From Octopus bimaculoides (Eukaryota): DNA of 43,016 bases. Location: contig NC_068981.1 in NCBI RefSeq assembly GCF_001194135.2, positions 117,201,872-117,244,887 of the forward strand. Reading direction: 5' to 3'. Within the stretch, counting starts at the first letter, position 1; each line of letters opens with the position of its first letter. The notes beneath the pieces were generated by a model, which saw only the letters and a list, made by a program, of their open reading frames with translations, was not told the DNA's origin and searched no databases. Shown here piece by piece: positions 12,425 to 24,869 of this stretch. The position numbers were made by a program, and so were the translations under genes.

Positions 12425-12540
12425 GGAAGAGGCCATTTGAAAGTTAAGTGTCTTGGCCCCGGACACAACACGATGCAGGTGACAGAGCGAACTGCCGACC
12501 TTTCGGTTGCTTGTCCAGTACTCAGTGAACGATTGACCTC
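12425..12540 (-). mobile_element. tRNA/CORE-type SINE fragment
   Basis: AAGTGTCTTGGCCCCGGACACAAC is close to the reverse complement of the CORE-type GTTGTGTCCTTGGGCAAGACACTT motif. Confidence 0.45.
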
Positions 12541-12723
12541 CTTCTCAAACATACTGCAAACAGATATGAATTACATACAAGTGTGTTCCTGCGAACATGT
12601 GTGGTTGTGTGTGTATCTATATATGTATACATGTGTGTGTGTACATATACATTTATATATTTATGTATGCATGTATATATATATGCATGTGTGCGTGCGT
12701 GCGTGTGCGCTCCCGCGAGTGTG

Positions 12724-12755
<32 letters not shown>

Positions 12756-12792
12756 CGTGTGCGTGTGAATGTATCGTTTTAACTTTAACTTG

Positions 12793-12910
12793 ACGAGGTC
12801 AAGTAAAAGTCTCCGTCTTCCAAATTCGCTCACAAGGCTTTGGTCGACTCGGTGCTACACTAGAAGACACTTGACCAAAGAGCCGCGCAGTGGGACTGAA
12901 CCCAAGCCAT
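12793..12910 (-). mobile_element. SINE family A, 5' part
   Basis: Reverse-complement match to 2185-2300 and 18460-18585. Confidence 0.75.
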
Positions 12911-13824
12911 ATTAACACCTAAATGTTTGTACATCACTTAAAGGTATGAGAAAATACACCGATGATGGCATGTTACTGAAACTACGAATATGGAAATGGT
13001 GTTAAAAGTGCGGTATCATATATTAGATATTTTAATCAATTTTAGCAATTTATTGTCGATAAATCATTACTAATAAATTATCAGTAAAATTGATCTCACT
13101 TTATTTTCAGTCGAATTTAATCCCATCCGTTATTGCTGTTGTTGTGTAGCCATAAGGTACTCCACAAACTGGGCGAGCAACCTATCATTGAAACGTTTCA
13201 AATGTAAACAGTTTAAATATCTTTGAAAAGAAACATTGGATTTCCAACAGCATAATCGTACGTACCCAGCTTCATTTTAAGACTGTAGAGCATGAATTGA
13301 GGGATATTTGGCTGTTCTGTGTTTGCTTATCTAATAACTGTAGGGTATTTTTCTAGTGGGAAGTATATTATATTTAATTATATTGTTTCATATTAGAAGT
13401 CTTTTAGTGCTTTCTCGAGAATGATTCCCCTTCTTCCAGAATCTGAAGTCGAAGTTATCCCCTATAAATGTATTTGTTACACAATGTTTTAATTGACGCG
13501 GCCTGTAATATAACGTTTGAACTGAAGGTATTTTGTTTGGCGAGGCAGAGAATTTTGACGTCAAAAATTGAAAATCTGGTTTTTTTCATAACATTGTTAT
13601 GTAGCGGATTGGTGTCAAATCGATCATGAAAAATACTATGAAAATAAAGGTACGGTGTTCCAATTTTAATATCAATGTACAGTGATAGACGAAAGCATTT
13701 CTTATACATCCATAAGTAAAAGGAAAACTAGCATAGTTTATGTATTTTGTGGTTTATATTTATTTGTAATGTATATTTTATAATTGCTCCCCTCCCAGTA
13801 TCTATCTCTTCCTCTCTCTCTTTC

Positions 13825-13900
<76 letters not shown>

Positions 13901-13905
13901 TCTAA

Positions 13906-13962
<57 letters not shown>

Positions 13963-14104
13963 GACACACGCATACACACACATACCAACACACACTAGAG
14001 GAGATTCATACACGCAAATGCGTATGTATGTATATATGTATTTATCTATCTCTCTACTNNNNNNNNNNNNNNNNNNNNNNNNNNNNNNNNNNNNNNNNNN
14101 NNNN

Positions 14105-14958
14105 AGTTTTTAATAACTTCCTTAACTTCACAACCAAATGCACGAAATTTTGTTACAATATAAAGAACAAAATGGAAATTAATATGCATAGGTCAAATTT
14201 TGCAACACCTCACATCACATAGGAAAAATGACATCGCTTAAATGGCAGCCATTTTTGGTTTCACACGCCCGTGCCCTTTCCAAAACTTGCACCATAACAC
14301 CCTAAAGAGTTTCAGACCCCACTTATCTGATTTCTCTATTGATGTTCTCTATCAGTTGCACCAGGGTCTCCGGTTTGTTAACGTAAACCCTTTCTTTCAT
14401 GTTTCGTCACAAGAAAAATCCGGGCTAGTCATCTGGGGAACGTGAAGGCCACTCAAAGTAGCCCTCACACATGGTTCCAGCAATATGGGGCAACTGCTCA
14501 TACCGCAAGAGAAACAATACAGTTGCTACGGCAGTACTTTGGAGAGCGAATAAACTCCCACTACGGCGATGTCAACTGGCCTTCACGTTCGCAAGACTTG
14601 ACTAGCCCGGATTTTTTCTTGTGGGGATACCAGAAAGAGAGGGTTGATGTCAACAAACCGGAGACTCTGGTGCAACTGAAGGAGAACATCAATAGAGAAA
14701 TCAGATAAGTGGGGTCTGAAACTCTTGAGGGTTTTATGGTGCAAGTTTTGGAAAGGGCACGGGCGTGTGAAACCAAAAATGGCTGCCATTTAAGTGATGT
14801 CATTTTTCATATGTGAAGTAGGGGCGTTGCAAAATTTGACTGATGCATATTGATTTACATTATGTCCTTTATATTGTTTCAACATTTCATGTATTTATTT
14901 GCAACGTTACGGAAGTTATTTAAAACTGAAACCCATCATTGACTTTTGAGACACCCTG
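14105..14958 (+). mobile_element. Internally deleted Tc1/mariner (DD41D, rosa-type) element with ~345-bp inverted arms
   Basis: 14105-14451 is the reverse complement of 14577-14927. The right end ...GACTTTTGAGACACCCTG is followed by TA (terminal CAGGGTGT, TA target). The left terminus falls in a 46-N gap. Confidence 0.88.
14472..14816 (+). pseudogene. C-terminal fragment of a DD41D transposase
   Basis: WFQQ(Y)GATAHTA...WPSRSQDLTSPDFFLWGY...NKPETLVQLKENI...NGCHLSDVIFHM*. There are 41 residues between the second catalytic position (D->Y) and the third D, and an in-frame TAA at 14706-14708. Confidence 0.85.
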
Positions 14959-15685
14959 TATATATNNNNNNNNNNNNNNNNNNNNNNNNNNNNNNNNNNN
15001 NNNNNNNNNNNNNNNNNNNNNNNNNNNNNNNNNNNNNNNNNNNNNNNNNNNNNNNNNNNNNNNNNNNNNNNNNNNNNNNNNNNNNNNNNNNNNNNNNNNN
15101 NNNNNNNNNNNNNNNNNNNNNNNNNNNNNNNNNNNNNNNNNNNNNNNNNNNNNNNNNNNNNNNNNNNNNNNNNNNNNNNNNNNNNNNNNNNNNNNNNNNN
15201 NNNNNNNNNNNNNNNNNNNNNNNNNNNNNNNNNNNNNNNNNNNNNNNNNNNNNNNNNNNNNNNNNNNNNNNNNNNNNNNNNNNNNNNNNNNNNNNNNNNN
15301 NNNNNNNNNNNNNNNNNNNNNNNNNNNNNNNNNNNNNNNNNNNNNNNNNNNNNNNNNNNNNNNNNNNNNNNNNNNNNNNNNNNNNNNNNNNNNNNNNNNN
15401 NNNNNNNNNNNNNNNNNNNNNNNNNNNNNNNNNNNNNNNNNNNNNNNNNNNNNNNNNNNNNNNNNNNNNNNNNNNNNNNNNNNNNNNNNNNNNNNNNNNN
15501 NNNNNNNNNNNNNNNNNNNNNNNNNNNNNNNNNNNNNNNNNNNNNNNNNNNNNNNNNNNNNNNNNNNNNNNNNNNNNNNNNNNNNNNNNNNNNNNNNNNN
15601 NNNNNNNNNNNNNNNNNNNNNNNNNNNNNNNNNNNNNNNNNNNNNNNNNNNNNNNNNNNNNNNNNNNNNNNNNNNNNNNNNNNNN

Positions 15686-15726
<41 letters not shown>

Positions 15727-16445
15727 ATATATAGCATCAGATAAAATCTCAGCTAGAGCTATGGTGCAAACATTGCAGTGTGCCATATTTTGAAAAGCAG
15801 GTGGATTGAAAACTCAGTCTTAGGTGGGGTTTTTTTAATATATATAGGTTATGTTTTGATTAAGTAAATAAACTTCTCTGACTTGGAAACCACTTTGCCC
15901 TACATTGAAATTACGCTCTACGTATTACTACAACTTAGATAATAACATAGCTTAAAGATCATGATAATATTTCGCATTATTTCGGAAAGACGCTTAGTTT
16001 CAAACTTGCGCTTATATAAACTAGAGAAATATATTTAGGCTTTGCAGCCTATAGATGATCAACTTGTGCTTTAGATACTTTAAACGTACGTTCTATACAA
16101 TATCTATATGACAAATTCGATTTTATTTAACGAACGAATATATGTAACTCATGATGAAATTATATATGGAAATACTAGAGGAAAAATTCAAATGAAGAAT
16201 TATTTATCTAGTTATTTACACAGATGTAAAAAGATGGATCCACTGACTGTATGAGTACAGACGGAGAACACAGTTGCTGCCACTAATCAAAGACTTTCTT
16301 TTGTTGACTCAGCTGTAAAAGTTTACCAGGACTTACTGTCCCACTTCCGAAGTTTGAAAGAAAAACTCAGAGATCGTTGAGGTTAAATACAAGTAAATTA
16401 TATCTGGCATTGGACCTTATTTCTTGACCCTTTTTTTTATCATGC

Positions 16446-16860
<415 letters not shown>

Positions 16861-18424
16861 GCTGTGAACAGTCACATTTCACAGATTTCTAAAGCACCGT
16901 GTAAAAGATATTTTCATCCAGGATTAACATATGAAAAATTTTGGCACAGAGGAGGCGTGGGTTCTTTTTTTATTACCAACAAGGAATTCGATAGCATTTG
17001 GGCAACTACAAATGGTAAAGAAACGATTTTTCTTTAGACATTTTCAAACTATTTACACGTTAGGTCATATGGCTATTTGCAATATTTACATGCGTTGCAA
17101 GATAGTTTCCTTAGAGTGGCAGTAAGATGGGCTCGTTGCAGGGGTGAAAGAAGTAACGTCAACAAACACGCCTCCAAATTATTTGCAAATATTAAAGAAA
17201 AGCAAACACAAAAGCAAAATTTGTACAAGATATAAAGGGTTGGAAATATAAATTTGAATGAAAAACGAAGCCGTATGAACAGCAACAACACCACCAAGAA
17301 TATAAGCAACAACATTCCATCATTATTTGCTCACCTCCTGGAATGATAAAAAACAACTCGATTTGAACCTGCTCTAGAAAAAGATGTATCACAAGAGATA
17401 CATCTCTGCAGAAGTGATTTTTTAATTAATCGAATGTCGGAAAGTAGCCCACGTAAATTTCTGTAGGAAATACAAGTTGGGAAAAGGGTAAAGAGAACAT
17501 TTCTATGCGCCGAAGCAGCATAATGGTAATGTGGTTACATCTGAAGAAGTTGTTTACTTTTCTACGTAGAACCTTCTCATGAGTAGGTATGATCATACTC
17601 AATGGTTTATGCCGAATCTAAGGAAGATAAATCAAACATTATATATTTTAGCGAAAGGGGATTCATTGATCAACTTTATCGAACACAAGAATCAATCGTG
17701 GGGTTTGTGGGATACCATAAGCCCAAGAGTATTGGTTTCCCAGTAATTCGTTGACATAGACTGTGAATTCTTTGTCTCTAATATGGACGAATTTTCATTT
17801 ACTGTAGAGAAAGGTAGACCTTGCTAAAACCACCACAGAATTTACCTATCATTATTTCTGAGCTAATAGAACATTAACATTTATTTAATCATTACTAGGG
17901 CAGATAAAAGGTATACAAGTCGCTCTTTCTCTCCTATGCATATCTCTGTATGCATAAGTGTCAACTCAGCTATAGATGGGAAAACATAAGAGGAAAGTAG
18001 CTGAGCATTTTTAAATGTTGAAAGGCAGACTATATCTCCATCATATACAAATGCTTGAACCTCCCACCGACACCGCATGCACCATATTTCATTTCAGACG
18101 GTGTAAATGTAGAAACGTTCCATGTAACATTTTCGTCATAGGGGAATTTAGCATATAAAGAGGGGATATACTTTTACAATTGAATGAAGCTGAAAACAAC
18201 ATATTTTCTTATTTCAATTCCAACTTCAGCTGCAATGGTTTAATATTCCACTTCTTATCCTGTGCTTTTCCGAGTCCAGTTAATTAAGATTAGTATTACT
18301 CCTGCATCCTCCATTTTGCCTGCTGTTACATTCTTTTTACAGGTAACGCTTTTAACAACCAAGAAGATAATTTGTTTGAAACATAAACAAAATTGTTTTT
18401 GAAAATTTAGTCTATAGTAGGAAC

Positions 18425-18826
18425 AGGCGTGGCTGTGTGGTATGAAGTTTGCTTCCAAACCATATAGTTCCCGGTTCAGCCCCACTCTGTAGATCCTTGG
18501 GCAAATGTCTTCTACTATAACCTCGGGCCAACCAAAGTTTAATGATGGATTTGGCAGATGGAAACTGAAAGAAGCCCAGCGTTTGTGTGTGTCTGTGTGT
18601 GTCTGTGTTTGTGTCCTTATTTCTGTGTCCTTGTGTCTGTGCTTGTCCCTCACCATCGACAACTGGTGATGGTGCGTTTACAATCCTGTAAGTTAACGGT
18701 TCTGCAAATGAGACCAATAGAATAAGTGTCAGGCTCTAAAATAAGTACTGGGTTCGATTCGTTCGACTAAAACACTTCAAGGCGGTGCCTCATCTTGGCC
18801 TCAGTCTACTGACTGAAACACATAAG
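18425..18826 (+). mobile_element. Near full-length SINE family A copy: tRNA-like head, CORE-like segment, internal (GT)-rich microsatellite, 3' tail
   Basis: GGCGTGGCTGTGTGG...GGTTCAGCCCC (A/B-box-like), CCTTGGGCAAATGTCTTCTACTATA, degenerate (GT)n at 18590-18645 and the AATAAGTACTGGG...TTCGACTAAAA tail. Both halves match other copies in the window. Confidence 0.82.
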
Positions 18827-19250
18827 TAATAGTAAAAAGCAAATTTTATAAACAAACAAAAAATCACTTAAATTAAAAGCCGACGAAGAGCCCATGACAA
18901 AAGAGGAAATACCAATAATGTAGCCGTAGATGAATTAAATAATACCAGTCAGAAAGCAAGTCAGCAAATATGAGTCCACCAGTTTAAGGCTAGAGCGATC
19001 TAATCACATTCGAAGAACAGTTTGAACACAAAACAGGTCTCCTAGTCACTATGGTGTTAGACAAGCAAGATCTCAATGTTTTAAATGGCAATTTTTCTGC
19101 ATTTTTTTCAATCCTAACAACACTCTCAGGGTCCCTTTTCCCTTCCCTATGAAAAACATTTCTATAGCATATCCTGAGAAAGAAGTTATAATTTGTAACT
19201 AAAGAACGGACCAATGGTAAGGAAGTTTTTCGTTGGAAGTATTAACCAAC

Positions 19251-19312
<62 letters not shown>

Positions 19313-19840
19313 CAATATGCATACGAACAAATATACATACACACATATGTATAAATGGCTGTGTGTGCATGTGTGTGTGTGTGTATGTGTGTGTGTGTGT
19401 GTGTATGTGTGTGTGTGTGCGCGTGTGCGTGTGTGTGAGTGTGTGTTTATATGTTATAGTGAAATCAATTTTACATTACAGTCCGATGATAGCTTAACTG
19501 GGCGAAACTTGGAAGTCACTACCAATTCTATTCTTGGTAAAGTATAAGATATCTATCTATCTCTCTATCTATCTATTTATCTCTATATATATGTATATAT
19601 ATATATGTATGTATATCTATCTATCTATCTATCTATATACATACATATATATATATATATATGTANNNNNNNNNNNNNNNNNNNNNNNNNNNNNNNNNNN
19701 NNNNNNNNNNNNNNNNNNNNNNNNNNNNNNNNNNNNNNNNNNNNNNNNNNNNNNNNNNNNNNNNNNNNNNNNNNNNNNNNNNNNNNNNNNNNNNNNNNNN
19801 NNNNNNNNNNNNNNNNNNNNNNNNNNNNNNNNNNNNNNNN

Positions 19841-19891
<51 letters not shown>

Positions 19892-20396
19892 GTATGTATA
19901 TCTATCTATCTATCTATCTATATACATACATATATATATATATATATGTATATATACATGTGTATATATGTATATGTGTGTGTGTGTGTATGTTTGTATT
20001 TCTGTGTATGTCCCTTCATAAATATATTCTTCATTTAAGGTTGCAAAAAATTATATACACATACATACGTGTAAATATATGCGGATATATGTATACGCCA
20101 ATGAAAGCCAAGTTTGCTTTGACGCAATTTTGTAGTCTTGGGTCTTTCCGGGTTAAGCAAGCAGTACTTGACCCTTGTTTTGATCGTTCTTCAGCCACGT
20201 TTCCGTCTTTTCTTTTCGAAAATTAACTGGGCGTCTTGTAAATATATCCGAATGGGTGTGTCTATAAAACCAGGAACATTTTCAAGAAGTCACACCTCAT
20301 TTCTTTAGTGTAATCACTGAACATTTTCATTCACATACATACCCTCCCTTGCGCCTCTCACATTTGGTCTCTCTCTCAATCTCTCTCCATGTGCGC

Positions 20397-20427
<31 letters not shown>

Positions 20428-21465
20428 TGTGTGTGTGTGCGTGTGTGTGTGAGTGTGCATGTACATACACACGCATATATATTTATGTACGTACATGCAT
20501 ACATAAACTCACTCACACACACACGCACGCACACACACTTACATACACAACTGTATATAGTTATTGACAATTATATAACACGTCTATGCTCACTAGCACA
20601 CTCGAACATTTATTGATGAATGCTTCGCTTAATCATGCAGGAATTGATAAACTAGAGGCGTACGAAGCAGCGTTAACTGAAATATGCGATTACAATTATA
20701 TTTAAGACATTCGTGAACGCTCGGACATGGAAGAGTCTGTCGTTGTGAAGTAAGCATTGAAATAAATCTCTACTCATAGACAATATGTTTGAAAACACAT
20801 CATTGGGCTATGAATGACGTCATATTAGGTCGTTACACTTCAGCTACGGACAAGAATCAGTCGCTTATAGGTCTTTAAGAGCAATTACTCCCTTACATAA
20901 AAGCAAATAATACATTTGCTGACGTGCGCAAAGTTTTGTCAAGCTGGGATTAATTAAATTGGGATGCACGAAGCAGCTTTCAGTGAAATATAGCAGGCAC
21001 TCCAGTTCGACAAGTTCGTGAACTGGGGCAAGGTATGACGGTCAAGTGATTAATATATATCGGGGGTTATGCAAGTGTTCTCTACCTTTGTCTGGCCTTT
21101 TAGAACTAGTTTCGACATATTTATTGATGACCCCAGTTCTGCACTTGGAAATGTGAACCAAACCAGGCTCCGAATAATTTAAACGGTCCGTCTTGCGCTT
21201 TTGGATGACATAGCCCTGCATCACATGCCTACTGCTTTTTCTTGATTTATATTTTGCTCGTGTCACCACCATGTAGTTAGTCTCTTAGAGCAGCGCCGAT
21301 GACTTCTTATTTGTGTTAGTGTCTAACACTATGATGATGATAACGTTGTTCTCGTATGCTGAAAAGGATCTTCCACAACCTACTTCACGCGGCATACTTT
21401 CAAAGTCTTGTAGTGACACCTTATAGCAGACGACTGTTATATGTTCAATGTCCGGAGTTTTATCC

Positions 21466-21523
21466 ACGCATGCGCAGGGACTAGTTCCGGAAGGAATACA
21501 GGAAGAGCCTCATGCGCATGCGT
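21466..21523. promoter_or_regulatory. Candidate promoter cassette: two NRF1-type sites flanking ETS-type sites
   Basis: ACGCATGCGCA (21466-21476) and its exact reverse complement TGCGCATGCGT (21513-21523) flank TTCCGGAAG (21485-21493) and CAGGAAG (21499-21505), in a locally CpG-richer stretch. No transcript evidence. Confidence 0.35.
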
Positions 21524-21849
21524 AGAGTTCGACACCCAGCTTTGGCGCCTTTTCTCACTCTCTTCGTTGACTGATCTCCGTCGAGCCAAGACGTCCAACA
21601 GAGCTCTCTCACATGTCAGCACCAGAGCTTCACAAATAACCACGGAAATCATTCAGAAGGCGTCTCAGTAACCGAGGGCGACGAGCTACCGAATTCCCTC
21701 CAAGCGTGAACTGAATTCCACTGTAAATAAATATTGTTATGTTGTTCAGAATCTGCGTTCCGTTGTTTCTTCTAGAAATTTAATGTACGGAAGCGGTGTA
21801 CACCTAATGGTGTATAACCACTTCCCTACAGTCTCATTCTATTCTAGTT

Positions 21850-22705
21850 TTCTCTATTGTCATAATCTTACTAAACTTTATCGATCATAATCTAATCACC
21901 TTTTCAGAACGAACCACCATTTCTTGCAGACGATTGCTCCCGTCAACTGCCGCTTAACTGATCTGCTAACTAGCTTCTGTGAGTTTCGTGCACTGGTAAC
22001 GATACGTTCAGCTATCAGTAACAGGGCCCCAGCCTAGAAAGCCTTATCGACAATACGGATGACAAATCTGTCATCAGTATTTCCGACGGTCTTAAAATAT
22101 GGACAACTTATCCTATCCTTGTCTACAGTCCTACAGAATTTCTAGATACGATTTGGATGACCCGATGCGCTTTGCCCATGTATTTCTTAGCACATTTGAA
22201 AAATCCACTCAGTATCTTTATGACAGTTGGAAACGTATGAGCAGGTTTGCAAAGACTGTAACCCTTCTTTTATCAGCTAGCCACTCACGATCTAAACGTT
22301 CCGCCAATGTGGCGTTTTAATTTCACGCTACACAGAATCGGGACGATCCTAGAAGAACCGCCGCACGCCTGAAGAAATATGGTTATCACGCCACTGCTGG
22401 GCGTAGACAGCTGCTGGTCTGGTGAAATTCTTCGCTGCTGCTCACTTCCACCACCACCAATTCACCTTCTGGTTCCATAAAATTAGTTCGTATCATAAGA
22501 TCCAGATCATTCCGAAATAACACAACCATTCCAATCCCCAATCCCGATAGATCTGGAAATCTGAACACTGTTTCCCTCGAAAATGAGCTTGGAGAATCTG
22601 AGGCACATCTATACCTGGCAACTTGAGGTTGTTGATCAGGTGGCTCTGCTTCCGTTCTGACCCAAGGCCACGTATATTTATTTTGCTTATTCTAGGTAAG
22701 ATCAT
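21850..22705 (-). pseudogene. Degenerate Tx1/L1-clade non-LTR retrotransposon ORF2 5' part (AP endonuclease)
   Basis: Frameshifted motifs in the expected order: INIRGLGSERKQ...LQAHF, GMVVLFRNDLDL...EPEGELVV, AVYA(Q/P), TWAKRIGSSKSYL, VGNTDDRF, TGAIVCKKWWFVLKR. 22706-22870 may be the ORF1 tail. Confidence 0.8.
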
Positions 22706-23473
22706 CAGACGGAAGAAGAAAGGTCAGAAGAGCTCATCTCTGTTAAACTTGTGAAAGGGAGAAGTATTTCTTTTCTCCAGCTGGTATTTCTGTTTCCACA
22801 AGCAGTTCTTTGTACTCTCTCTCGTATTCATTTCCTCTGAAGTCATACTCTTTTGTGGTTTCTGTTTTTTAAGATGTATGTATTTATAATATTCAGGTGA
22901 TTTTCGTGTGTGCTTGAATTCTGTTCGTTAATGTAATGTGATTATTGTGTGTGACGCTTGTATGTTGGTCTATGCAGTCCATTGGGTCTTTATTGCTTGC
23001 ATAGTTAATAATTTCATTTGTTCGTGTTGGGTCAGGAACCTGACAGTTGTTGAACATGTGCCAGTTAAGTTGTGCATGGGCTCGTATCAGTGATAGTGGT
23101 GGTAGTGGCGGTGGTGGTATTAATGGTGGGGTGATAGTAGTGATGATAATAGTGCAGCTGTTACTGAAGGTGGTGTTAGTGCAACGTTGCACAAACTTAT
23201 CTGCCAGTTTTTTGTGTTGGTATATTTATATTTTTTTCTTCTTTGCATTAATAACTCTTTGCCATTTAGACCCATTCACCACATGATATGTCTGAATAAC
23301 CTGGGACATGCCTAGGTTAATGAAGCTTTGACGATGGTTTTCTAAGAAATAAAATAGAACAATAATATCAACGGGAACGTAATTCTAAAGAGGCAAACAA
23401 AGCACAAAATCACGAAACTTCCGAACTCTTCAGCCTCAGCAATAAACAACAACAGCAACAACAATAATAATAA

Positions 23474-23680
23474 TGGTTTCAAATTTTGGCACAAGGCCAG
23501 CAATTTCGGGGGAGGGGATAAGTCGAATATATCGACCCTAATGTTAAACTGGTAGTTATTTTATTGACCCCGAAAGAATAAAAGATAAAGTCGACCTCTG
23601 TGGAATTTGAACTCAGAATGTAAAGAAAGACGAAATGCCATTAAGCATTTTGCTATTGAACCTGCCAGCTCACCGCGTTA
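23474..23680 (-). mobile_element. SINE family C (tRNA-derived)
   Basis: B-box-like GAGTTCAAATTCC on the minus strand. Similar to 23698-23895, 41030-41240 and the reverse complement of 41775-41940. Confidence 0.78.
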
Positions 23681-23697
23681 AGTAATGATAATGATTA

Positions 23698-23895
23698 GCC
23701 TTTCTATTATAGATAGAAGGCCTGAAAAGTTGAGGGAAGAGACGAGTAGGTTACAGCAACCCCAGTCCTCAACTGGTACTTATTTTATCAACTTCGAAAT
23801 CAAGAAGGACAAAGTCATCCTCGGTGGCATTTGACTTCAGAACGCAAAGTGACGGTAGAAATGCTGCTATAACGATTCAGCTAGTTCGCCGCCTT
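23698..23895 (-). mobile_element. SINE family C, second adjacent diverged copy
   Basis: Same block order (CAACTGGTACTTATTTTATC...AAAGTC..CCTCGG..GGCATTTGAC) as 23474-23680. Confidence 0.7.
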
Positions 23896-24067
23896 AATAA
23901 CTATAATAATAGTTATATTTGCTATCAGCGCCTATCCATTCATACAATAAATCACAGTGATACATGTTGCATATGTGTAGAGAAAACAAAATGATGTTAC
24001 ATAACGAGGAGAATGGGGAAAACAATTGGATGTATGTGTGCGTGCGTGTATAATAAGAGACAAAGAA

Positions 24068-24098
<31 letters not shown>

Positions 24099-24831
24099 AA
24101 GATAATTAAACAATACATAAATAGAACAAAATGATAATAATGCCAATAAAAGCAATAAGAAACGCCAGAATGCGAAGGAGGTAAGGAGCAAACGTAATAA
24201 TGTAATGTACAACTGTTTCATCTTTTAACATTTTCTGTTAGTGCTGTTGGTTGAAGTGTGTACTACAGCATTGTCCTTGACAAATTTGCTATTGTTGGGT
24301 ACCATTGTTCATTGTCTGACGTTGGTACAGATTAGTACAGAAATGATAATGTTAAACTCTCTCAGAATAAAAGGAAATTAGTTCAGAGTCATTTTTCAAC
24401 TTTCAGCATAAGGACAGAGTCAATATGTGGGATTAGGTATATGTTCACGTGTTGTTGCTGATTAGCGCCAGGACAGCCCTCATTGAAAATACCTAAACTC
24501 AAAGACTTCCTTGCTGTGACCATCAATTACTTTTAGAAGTACCTTTTTCTGGTTTTCAAAACAATACAGATTGATTTAAGAACGATTTAAGTGATATTTC
24601 TAACTGTGACTATAAAGAGAACTCTCTTTGTCGATAGTAGAAATGCTACTTTTGTCAACAATTTAAAATAAAATAAGAAAAACTCGGAATATTCTCAGTT
24701 GAAACAGTAATGCACACACACCGTATCACTTACTTTTTTATTTGCTCGCATTGCATATTGTAGTCATCGTTCTCATTGCAATGCAGTAACATAAATACAC
24801 AAATTGATCATTCGTTTCATAATTATAAAGA

Positions 24832-24869
24832 CTAGCAGAAAGACCGTCATCCGGGCGGTTTTCTGCTAG
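24832..24869 (-). other. GC hairpin ending in CTAG|T; possible Helitron-type 3' terminus
   Basis: CTAGCAGAAA(G)ACCG and CGGTTTTCTGCTAG form an inverted repeat. On the minus strand the hairpin is followed by CTAG and then T. No matching 5' TC end or Rep/Hel sequence was identified. Confidence 0.3.

Noticed and set aside
17881-18078. FVYDGDIVCLS...NAQLL resembling an RT YADD region
   Set aside because: Weak single motif; neighbouring sequence shows no RT homology.
18425-18490. tRNA gene (A/B-box-like motifs, also at 23600 and 41790)
   Set aside because: No cloverleaf; the motifs are the tRNA-derived heads of multicopy SINEs.
19588-19950. ~75-bp sequence repeated on both sides of gap 19666-19840
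   Set aside because: Low-complexity contig-end overlap, most likely an unmerged assembly overlap rather than a real duplication.
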